Assembly (NCBI GenBank): GCA_029858305.1
Contig: JAOUFI010000018.1
Coordinates: forward strand, 1-36,339
Origin: Candidatus Thorarchaeota archaeon
GTDB lineage: Archaea > Asgardarchaeota > Thorarchaeia > Thorarchaeales > Thorarchaeaceae
Reading direction: 5' to 3'
DNA: 36,339 bases
Position numbers and translations under genes: made by a program. The notes below the pieces were generated by a model. It was not told the DNA's origin. It did not search any database and saw only the letters and a list, made by a program, of their open reading frames with translations. Positions 1 to 7,098 of this stretch are shown here, in pieces; within the stretch, counting starts at the first letter, position 1; every line of letters starts with the position of its first letter.

Positions 1-119
1 GAAAACAATAACTTCAGTAATCGAATTTCTACTCCGGAATCAGTTGCAGGAAATCGCAAAGGAAATCCATCAAAGTGCTCTTGCAATCGTCGATATACGT
101 CAGAGCCCGCTTCTACCAT
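1..119 (-). CDS. Partial CDS (N-terminus only, runs off the window edge), probable 4Fe-4S-binding protein
   Basis: Manual translation from ATG 119 gives MVEAGSDVYRRLQEHFDGFPLRFPATDSGVEIRLLKLLF. This resembles the 'YxxLQxHLD..P..FPATxSGVEI.IL..LF' N-terminus of ferredoxin-domain proteins of anaerobes. Not in the ORF track, and the Cys motifs would lie outside the window. Confidence 0.65.
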   Translation of the reverse strand, partial: MVEAGSDVYRRLQEHFDGFPLRFPATDSGVEIRLLKLLF

Positions 120-347
120 TTTCAAACCACGCTGTCGAATGTATGTATCTAGAACATTTCAATCTATTCTTGAACATTCGAATCGGGATATTACAAGGTC
201 CAATATACTAAGGTGTACACAGATAGTATGACGTAAACGCTAGAAGAAATAGTTGATTTCTGGATTCTGAACTAAGTGGCCAGTCTTAGGATGGAACTCA
301 AAAATCAAAATCAGAATATTCCTCCTCCTCTAGCTTCCTCCTTCCGT

Positions 348-467
348 AACGTGTACTCCACGAGGCCAACGTGTACTCTTCAGGAAAACACGAACAAGCG
401 TGTACCAACAAGAAAATGTACACATAGAGAGCGAAGAGTACCCTACATAGAAACGTTGGTACACGCT
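348..467. repeat. Cluster of GTAC-core motifs (AACGTGTAC twice, AGCGTGTAC twice) including a 13-bp inverted repeat
   Basis: GTAC at 353, 373, 402, 418, 438 and 459. agcgtgtaccaac (397-409) is the exact reverse complement of gttggtacacgct (455-467). Confidence 0.7.
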
Positions 468-570
468 GCTCATTCTTGATTTGCTGCTAATTGAAACAAA
501 ATCATCGTGCTATCAGAATTCTGGCTAAGATTAATAGGCAAGATGTAAGCGGTAGGAAGCTTGAAGATAG

Positions 571-1776
571 ATGACGGTCAATACTGATGTAGTGATCATT
601 GGGGCTGGTCCTGCAGGACTTACTGCCGCAAGGAATTTAGCTAAGTCAGATATTGAGTATATGCTTATTGACCGTTCTGAGAACCCGGGGGAGAGAAAGC
701 CTTGCGGAGGATTCATCCCATCATCGACAATTAAACGATTTTCAGTTCCACGGATTGAGGGACAACATCAGATCAATACAGCAAGAATCAAGTTTCCAGG
801 AAAGGAGCTCATCAGCATTCATTTTGACGAGTCACTTGGAATGAATGTTGGTAGGGGGGCATTAGGCAAAGCTCTCTACAATGAAATACCTGATATCGAA
901 ACCCATTCTTTGCTGGGAGCTAGTGTAGAAAGAATCGAGACTGATGCGGAGTCATGCAGAGTCATAGCTATGAAAGATGGTAATGAAACCATCCTGGAAT
1001 CAAAACTAATTATTGATTCAAGTGGAGCCAATCCTGTTAGTCAACGGTTCATCCCACTCAGAGAAAGAATATCCAATAGCCAAATGGGATATGGTCTTCA
1101 GTATCACATTAAAGTTAATAGAAACTTAGACAGCTCCAACACATTTCTTTATGGCAATCAATTCTCACCAAGAGGCTATTGCTGGATTTTTCCCAGGGGC
1201 AACATAGCTGTTGTGGGTACCGGAGGGCTTGTGAAGAATGTGAGAGATAATGAGCGTCGAACCCACGAGTATCTAGATACTCTTCTGAATGAAGTTGAGC
1301 CATTCAAAAGTGAGCTGGCTGGAGGCGCAATTATCAAGAAAGATTCAGCACTCATGCCACTCTGTGGTGTGATGCGTCCATCCTTTGGTAAGAGAATCCT
1401 TCTTGCAGGTGACGCTGCAGGTCATTGCTCACCTATAAGTGGAGAAGGAATTCACTATTCGATGGTAGGAGGACAATGTGCGGCGATGACTGCTAGAGAC
1501 TGCATTAAGAGAGCCAGTTTCTCGGATAATGTACTTTCAAACTATGAGAAAAAATGGATCAAAGAGATGGGTTCTGACCTCAAGTGGGGTCTCTGGCTTC
1601 AAAAGAAGCTCATGCGGCCGGGGAGTGGAAAGACATCTGGATGGAGTAGCTCCGGATTTATTGACTCAGAGAAGTCGCAAAAGATCATAGCTGAGATGCT
1701 AATGGGGCAGCGATCTGTGAGGAGTGCAATACTGGCAGTCGCACCGGGATATCTCAAAGCCAAGTTTGCCAGATGA
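571..1776 (+). CDS. Geranylgeranyl reductase family FAD-dependent oxidoreductase (DGGR-like)
   Basis: GAGPAG dinucleotide-binding motif, KPCGG, GYCWIFP (YxWxFP), GDAAG and GEGI; 401 aa. Confidence 0.9.
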   Translation: MTVNTDVVIIGAGPAGLTAARNLAKSDIEYMLIDRSENPGERKPCGGFIPSSTIKRFSVPRIEGQHQINTARIKFPGKELISIHFDESLGMNVGRGALGKALYNEIPDIETHSLLGASVERIETDAESCRVIAMKDGNETILESKLIIDSSGANPVSQRFIPLRERISNSQMGYGLQYHIKVNRNLDSSNTFLYGNQFSPRGYCWIFPRGNIAVVGTGGLVKNVRDNERRTHEYLDTLLNEVEPFKSELAGGAIIKKDSALMPLCGVMRPSFGKRILLAGDAAGHCSPISGEGIHYSMVGGQCAAMTARDCIKRASFSDNVLSNYEKKWIKEMGSDLKWGLWLQKKLMRPGSGKTSGWSSSGFIDSEKSQKIIAEMLMGQRSVRSAILAVAPGYLKAKFAR

Positions 1777-1960
1777 TGATTATGAGAATAAGTAAGTGAA
1801 ATAACTTAGAAATCTACTCCGAGCTCATCAAGTAGTTGGATGGATTCAGACGGTTAATAGAAATCTAGATTTCTTACTGAGATGTTGTAGGGAATGATAT
1901 GAAAGACTCCATCGCTATACCCGAACAGGTTATCACTTATGGAATTCGCTCTACGAACAA

Positions 1961-2012
1961 GTGATGAAGGAACTGGCAATTCGGACCATTTCGTCATCAT
2001 TATATTTTTTTT
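1961..2012 (+). terminator. Imperfect hairpin followed by a T-tract between convergent genes
   Basis: gtgatga...tcatcat arms followed by tatattttttttc. Confidence 0.4.
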
Positions 2013-2013
2013 C

Positions 2014-3366
2014 TCAAGTCCAGATTTCATCCGGCCATCTTGAGTTGAGCTCTTCCTCGGCTAATGCTACTATCTCTGGTGAATCATCATCCAGAGCCTT
2101 GCGAATCACTGATGCTGCACTATCGCGTTCCAGTAGTTTCGACGACTTGATGACCGCTTTTTTTATGCTAATCTGAGGTTTTGCCAGAAGTCTTGTGAGA
2201 ATATCTACCGCATTCTCGCTATCCTGGGTAACTAGAGCTAATAGTGTGTCCTCAATCATTGCTACTGGCATATCCTTTGCGATTAGTGTGTTCAATATCT
2301 GGTTAATCTTTGATATGTCGGAAATTGATGTCTTTGCAGCGGAAGCAGGGATTTTGTGACTTACGCTGGACCATTTACTGTGAGAGGTAAGCGTGGATAG
2401 AGCACGAGCCGCGATATTACGAGTCGATGTGTCTTCAGCACTTAACAGACCGGAAAGATACTCTAGGACATCGGAACCACCCAAATCACCCAGACCTTTC
2501 ACAGCTCTGAGGTGCATCTCGTGCGAACTATCTGAAGCCACTGCCATTAAGATGTCATTACATAACTGTGTCTTTGCATTCAGAATCGTATCCAAGGATG
2601 CAGCTTGTTTCCGAAAACTCTCAAGGAATATCTCCGACCTTGCAGCATATACTCTATACAGAGTCTTTAGTTCTTTCGACTCCTCAGGAGAGGTCTCGAT
2701 GAGCCTTACCTTGCAGATGACATCCTCCCAGTCTTCAGGTTCAATCCCTACAAGCATCTTGGACACATCTAGTCCAGCAGATGAAAGGCTTTTTTCAATC
2801 ATTGAAAATGACTTCTCGCTAAATACCGAATCAAAGACCTTGTCATTCATAGTTGCTGTGATAATCTGATGGCCATAGTATGTTCGCAATAAATGTGCAA
2901 TACAATATAGAGGAACAGGGCCTCGTCTATAATATATCACACAATTCTCAAGTTCACTCGCCCTATGAGACAGAATGTCGGGCAACAAGACTGCATATTG
3001 ACCTCTACTAATGGTCTCAACAGATGCATAGAATTGGTCAAAACGCGGGTCCTGAGTGTCTAGAAGATTTCTCGTAAAGTCAATCATAAAGATCTGAGGA
3101 TCAGTATCCAATCCTTTACTCAAAAGCCGAAGCATGTCAAGAGAGGATATCTGCACGGCAAAATAGACATCCCACATCCCCAGAAAGTATGTGATATGGT
3201 CTCTCAACTCAAGGGTATGATATGAGAGTGAATTGTACTCCTTCTCGAGTAGCTCAGTCACGTCAGCAATCCTGTCAGCCTTTCGAATATGTTCAATCAA
3301 ATGGCTGCTTGCTGGGAAATTGCGTTCCGTGATTGCTTTCTGGAGTTCAAGAGCTAGGTCTGTCAC
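2014..3366 (-). CDS. Alpha-helical protein with C-terminal HEAT (PBS-lyase-like) repeats
   Basis: Repeat-like segments RAVKGLGDLG..VLEYL, TRNIAARAL, IKKAVIKS and ALDDDSPEIVALA; 450 aa; GTG start. Confidence 0.75.
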   Translation of the reverse strand: MTDLALELQKAITERNFPASSHLIEHIRKADRIADVTELLEKEYNSLSYHTLELRDHITYFLGMWDVYFAVQISSLDMLRLLSKGLDTDPQIFMIDFTRNLLDTQDPRFDQFYASVETISRGQYAVLLPDILSHRASELENCVIYYRRGPVPLYCIAHLLRTYYGHQIITATMNDKVFDSVFSEKSFSMIEKSLSSAGLDVSKMLVGIEPEDWEDVICKVRLIETSPEESKELKTLYRVYAARSEIFLESFRKQAASLDTILNAKTQLCNDILMAVASDSSHEMHLRAVKGLGDLGGSDVLEYLSGLLSAEDTSTRNIAARALSTLTSHSKWSSVSHKIPASAAKTSISDISKINQILNTLIAKDMPVAMIEDTLLALVTQDSENAVDILTRLLAKPQISIKKAVIKSSKLLERDSAASVIRKALDDDSPEIVALAEEELNSRWPDEIWT

Positions 3367-3427
3367 GCTGCTTCAGAATGATTCAGAATGAGTTGTATTT
3401 CAACATACCTAAGCGAGGAGAAAGGTA

Positions 3428-3450
3428 GGCGGATTTTCTTAAAACCCGCC
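3428..3450 (-). terminator. Hairpin downstream of the 89-aa gene
   Basis: Minus strand reads ggcgggtttt-aag-aaaatccgcc, a 10-bp stem with one G-U pair, followed by a pyrimidine run. Confidence 0.55.
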
Positions 3451-3481
3451 ATACCGTGTGATAGAGAAAAGAGAGGTGAGC

Positions 3482-3751
3482 TTATGATCCCGTTCCGCGC
3501 ATTCGGTGGACGATAAAACACTTCTCGCGATAGGCTTGGTCATCAAGATTATTGATGAAATTCTCTAGTTTTTTGACCTTGGTGAACTCCTCTTCAATAC
3601 CAAGATCACGAACTTGAACCAAAGCTTTCTTCTCGCAAATTCGTACATATATTCCGCCCAGGCCAACGCCATGTTTCATGTACACGGGCTCTTCCTGGTT
3701 CTTAACTCGATAGAAACCCTGTCTTCTGAGCATTCTACTGAACATCATCAA
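3482..3751 (-). CDS. Small hypothetical protein (89 aa)
   Basis: Globular alpha/beta-like composition, a gggagg SD-like site upstream, a tttatatt TATA-like box near 3802-3809 and a downstream hairpin. Confidence 0.7.
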   Translation of the reverse strand: MMMFSRMLRRQGFYRVKNQEEPVYMKHGVGLGGIYVRICEKKALVQVRDLGIEEEFTKVKKLENFINNLDDQAYREKCFIVHRMRGTGS

Positions 3752-3827
3752 AGTGTCTTTTCCTCCCGGCGGTCAGACAAGAAAAAAGTACACGTATCCT
3801 CAATATAAAGGTATACGGTTCTTACTG

Positions 3828-4058
3828 GTAAACGCATCTATTTCGCGCCTCACATTTGTGTATGTTGGAGTATGTTAACCGTACAAATGACTAAATTCTT
3901 GATTAGAAAGCATACAAATGAACTAATATTTCATTTTAATGGAACAATTGAGCTTGATATGCTCTAATAAGCTTCCATTAGCTTCCAAATGGCGCGAAAC
4001 GTCTCAACGTGTACATTTAAAGAAAATCAGCATTGTTGTACAAAATAGATGCGTTTAC
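3828..4058. other. Nested inverted-repeat element (candidate structured ncRNA or MITE-like element)
   Basis: A perfect 16-bp IR (3828-3843/4043-4058) encloses further stems at 3844-3849/3991-3996, 3853-3864/3911-3920 (bulged) and 3937-3944/3973-3980. Confidence 0.5.
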
Positions 4059-4341
4059 TAAGACATGTATTAAGCATGTACTGTGAGTTTTCTCTTGAGA
4101 TACGGACGAAACGAGACGAACAGACAAAATAATAGTTGTTCAGCTTCCAAAGGAAATTGAGGTGATTTAGCTTCTCTTGCTCGATTGCAGAGGTGTCCTA
4201 GAGTACACGTTGAAGCAAGAAGTCGTTTCTGAAACTCTCTATAGTAGAAAAACAAAAGCATAGTTCTTCATTGGATTTCTCTAGTGCAAAATACACTCAA
4301 AGTATAACTTTAAAATGGGCACGAGCTGCTCAGGAGAGTGA

Positions 4342-4899
4342 GTGAGTAATAAGATGGACCCTTGGAGCGATTTCATACAAGCCATTGCAAGCCTGTTTCA
4401 ACCAATGGCAACTCCGCCCTGGTCAGGAATTCTTATTGTCCTAGTCAATATAGGCCTGGCACTGATATCGATCTGGGCAACAAACAAGTTCACTGATGTG
4501 GAAAAGATGAAACAGGACATGGCGGAGGTCAAGGCATGGCAGGATAAGATGAAAGCTGCTCGAAAGAGTATGGACCCTGTAGCGCTCCAAGAAGTGATTA
4601 ATGATCAAGGAAGGATTATGCGCCTCAATAGCTCGATGATGGGCGCACGAATGAAGCCAATGTGTTACTTCTATATTCCATTCATTCTCGTCTTTACTAT
4701 CTTAGGAGCTATTTTCCAAGGCGGAATTGTTGCAGTTTTACCGTTCAATATCGACAAAGCATTGCCATTCCTCACAGGAATGTTGGGAGCCCCGACTAGT
4801 GCAGGATTTGGTCTCAGCTTCTATGGATTTTATCTACTAGTAGGATTTGGACTTGGCAATCTGATTCGGAAACCCTTCGGCCAATCGATGACGACTTAG
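4342..4899 (+). CDS. DUF106 / EMC3-TMCO1 (Oxa1 superfamily) membrane protein insertase
   Basis: TM1, then a charged coiled coil (TDVEKMK...), MKPM, TM2 and TM3 with FYGFY. SD aggag and a tttaaaat TATA-like box at 4309-4316. Confidence 0.85.
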   Translation: MSNKMDPWSDFIQAIASLFQPMATPPWSGILIVLVNIGLALISIWATNKFTDVEKMKQDMAEVKAWQDKMKAARKSMDPVALQEVINDQGRIMRLNSSMMGARMKPMCYFYIPFILVFTILGAIFQGGIVAVLPFNIDKALPFLTGMLGAPTSAGFGLSFYGFYLLVGFGLGNLIRKPFGQSMTT

Positions 4900-4915
4900 A
4901 AGCCGCTAGTTGTGT

Positions 4916-5104
4916 TATGCGCGACGCATAGGCATAGTTACGTAGTGCTTACGTTGTACAGTCACCTTTTATTCAAAGATGACGAACTATTAATTAGCTT
5001 CCCCACGGGAGCTTTGTCGATTACTCGGCAGAGGAACGAGAAAGGGTGCAATGCCCGCAATCTACGCATCATCCCTAGTGGTCTTTCACTTTGCATCCTT
5101 TCTC
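4916..5104 (+). ncRNA. Candidate structured RNA or UTR element of unknown family
   Basis: Consecutive stems at 4916-4930, 4996-5013 and 5014-5031, plus a 14-bp stem 5038-5051/5091-5104. Three stems need G-U pairs that form only on the + strand. Confidence 0.45.
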
Positions 5105-5157
5105 AAATTTCATTCTCTTCAGGAACTGTTTTATTTGATAAATCATTCGTGGGAAGC

Positions 5158-6351
5158 ATGACTTCAGACCCTTCAATTGTGTACTTTGGTTCTGTCCAGC
5201 ACGGAAATAGAGCTAAATTTGCTTCATTTGCTGCAAAAGTCGATGAAGTAGTAAAAAGACTTGATCTATCAACACTTGAAAAGAAGGACAAGGTTGCGAT
5301 CAAGATGCATCTTGGATTTCAAGATGGATATCAGACCATACCTGTATTCTTTGTGCGCAGAATTGTAGAAGCAGTGAAGAAGACAGGCGCATATCCATTC
5401 GTGACCGATAATCCAACTTCCGTTTACAATGCTGTGAACAGAGGATATACACAGGAAACGTGCGGTTGTCCAATCATACCTTTTGCAGGCGTGAAGGACA
5501 AATATGTCTATGAATCAAATGTAGACTTTCATGGGCTTAAATCCCTCGATATGAGTGGAGTTCTTCACGATGCAGATGCGCTTATCGATCTCTCTCATGT
5601 GAAGGGGCATAACACATCCGGATTTGGGGGTGCAATAAAGAACATTGCATTGGGTGGCTTCTCTGGTCCTTCAAGATGGAACAAAATCCATGGTATAGAG
5701 GGGTCAATTCCTTATTGGGACGCGAAGAAATGTACTCCTGAGCATGCAAAGAAGCTTGTAAAGGCATGCAAAGATGGGTATATCTCGTATAATGAAGAGA
5801 AGCATGAACTCACTGTATCCTTCGGTATGTGTCATCAGTGCCTAGACTGTATTGAGCTAGACAAAGATGTGGAATGTCTAACCCTTAGACCTGAAAACTA
5901 TGCTCTCTTTCAAGAACTGATGGCGATTGGATCAAATAACATACTCAAGACATTCGATGAGACCAAGAGATTCTTCATTAATTTCGCTATAGCGATAACA
6001 CCCTATTGCGATTGTTGGGGAATTGGAATGCCAAATATCGTCAATGATATTGGTGTGCTGGGTAGTAGAGATATCGTTGCAGTGGAAACAGCAACATTAG
6101 ACCTGATTGCAAAAGAAGGACTCATAGAGAAAATGGTCCCAGCCTACTTTAGACTTCATAATGATCCAGGACTGCATCCATTTCAACGACTCCATGGTCC
6201 AATGAAATCTCCATACATAGTACTTCAACATGCAGAAAAGCTTGGAATGGGATCACAGAAATACAAACTTGTTGAACTACTCTCTCCTGAGAAGACAATG
6301 AAGATGAAACCTCCAAAAGGAGTTAGTGAATCGGAACCTTCATTCTTCTAG
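5158..6351 (+). CDS. DUF362 domain Fe-S protein with a ferredoxin-like insert
   Basis: AIKMHLG, LSHVKGH..SGFGGAIKNIALG, CHQCLDC and TPYCDCW. Start moved from 4912 to ATG 5158 because the upstream part overlaps the structured element and does not look like protein. Confidence 0.85.
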   Translation: MTSDPSIVYFGSVQHGNRAKFASFAAKVDEVVKRLDLSTLEKKDKVAIKMHLGFQDGYQTIPVFFVRRIVEAVKKTGAYPFVTDNPTSVYNAVNRGYTQETCGCPIIPFAGVKDKYVYESNVDFHGLKSLDMSGVLHDADALIDLSHVKGHNTSGFGGAIKNIALGGFSGPSRWNKIHGIEGSIPYWDAKKCTPEHAKKLVKACKDGYISYNEEKHELTVSFGMCHQCLDCIELDKDVECLTLRPENYALFQELMAIGSNNILKTFDETKRFFINFAIAITPYCDCWGIGMPNIVNDIGVLGSRDIVAVETATLDLIAKEGLIEKMVPAYFRLHNDPGLHPFQRLHGPMKSPYIVLQHAEKLGMGSQKYKLVELLSPEKTMKMKPPKGVSESEPSFF

Positions 6352-6490
6352 TAGAGAGAGTCGTAGCGCTGCTAAAAAGTGAGCATGAGACGAATAGTTA
6401 ATAACATTACTCGACCGAAGAGCTTTCGTGGATAACGCTCTAATGATGCGATAGGGTAATGTTAAGGATTTGAATGTGAGAGTTTGACTG

Positions 6491-6997
6491 TTGGAGAATG
6501 AGTCGACACCCGAAGAAAGATTGAGGAAATACAAAGAGAATCTTGCCAAGATGGCTCTCTCAGAGGGAAAGACACTCAAACTCTCAAATCCTATAAAACC
6601 ACGAGATACTGCAGTTAAGCCTAAGGCGCGTGATGCCACTCCTTCACCTGCTGCAACACATTCAAAGGAAAATATTCGCCCACCTCAATTGCTCATCAGT
6701 CCTAGTAAAAGAGAGCTTAGAGAATCAATAGTTTCATCACGAAAGAAGACAGGCGAAAAATTTCGCACTCCACTTGAAGACAAAGCTGGAAAGAATCGTA
6801 TCATGATGAAGGCGCGTTTGAAGGCTATCGACGGTTCACTTCATGAGATCAAGAACAGGAGATCTATGCTCGAACTCCAATTCAAGAAAAAAATTGTATC
6901 TAAAGTGGAATATGACAAGAGAATGAAGCTACTTGTGGATGAGGGACAACTTCTCCTTAGAGAGAAGGCTGCGATAGATAGAGCTCTTGCGGCATAG
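6491..6997 (+). CDS. Basic hypothetical protein with a disordered middle and C-terminal coiled coil/helical hairpin
   Basis: 168 aa, rich in K/R/E, heptad-like C-terminal third, TTG start. Confidence 0.7.
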   Translation: MENESTPEERLRKYKENLAKMALSEGKTLKLSNPIKPRDTAVKPKARDATPSPAATHSKENIRPPQLLISPSKRELRESIVSSRKKTGEKFRTPLEDKAGKNRIMMKARLKAIDGSLHEIKNRRSMLELQFKKKIVSKVEYDKRMKLLVDEGQLLLREKAAIDRALAA

Positions 6998-7051
6998 TTG
7001 TAATATAACAATTGTCCAAAGTGGATGGTCATACATTGGATAGTTTTCTTT

Positions 7052-7066
7052 GAAGATTTATATTAA
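7052..7066 (+). promoter_or_regulatory. BRE/TATA-like archaeal promoter
   Basis: gaaga-tttatattaa about 35 nt upstream of the 7099 start; SD aggagtga just before the start. Confidence 0.55.
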
Positions 7067-7098
7067 AAGACACGTTTTTGTTTGAAAAGGAGTGAGAA

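Noticed and set aside
348-467. Possible CRISPR array or replication origin
   Set aside because: Repeats are only about 9 bp with irregular 16-29 bp spacing. No cas or orc1/cdc6 gene and no G-string ORB motif.
276-479. 67-aa ORF across the GTAC motif cluster
   Set aside because: Its recurring VY/CT/VP residues simply reflect the DNA motif. No SD-like site or protein features.
1961-2001. SECIS-like or C/D-box element (GUGAUGA plus hairpin)
   Set aside because: No GA on the 3' arm for the quartet, no nearby CUGA, and no in-frame UGA in the flanking genes.
4896-5110. RNase P or SRP RNA (ACACAA..GCGGCUU on the minus strand; GAGGAA on the plus strand)
   Set aside because: The two fragments are on opposite strands, the spacing is wrong, and there is no GAGGAAAGUCC/P4 pairing or SRP helix-8 motif.
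4912-5157. 82-aa N-terminal extension of the DUF362 ORF
   Set aside because: It does not look like protein, family similarity begins near ATG 5158, and the region is better explained by RNA structure.
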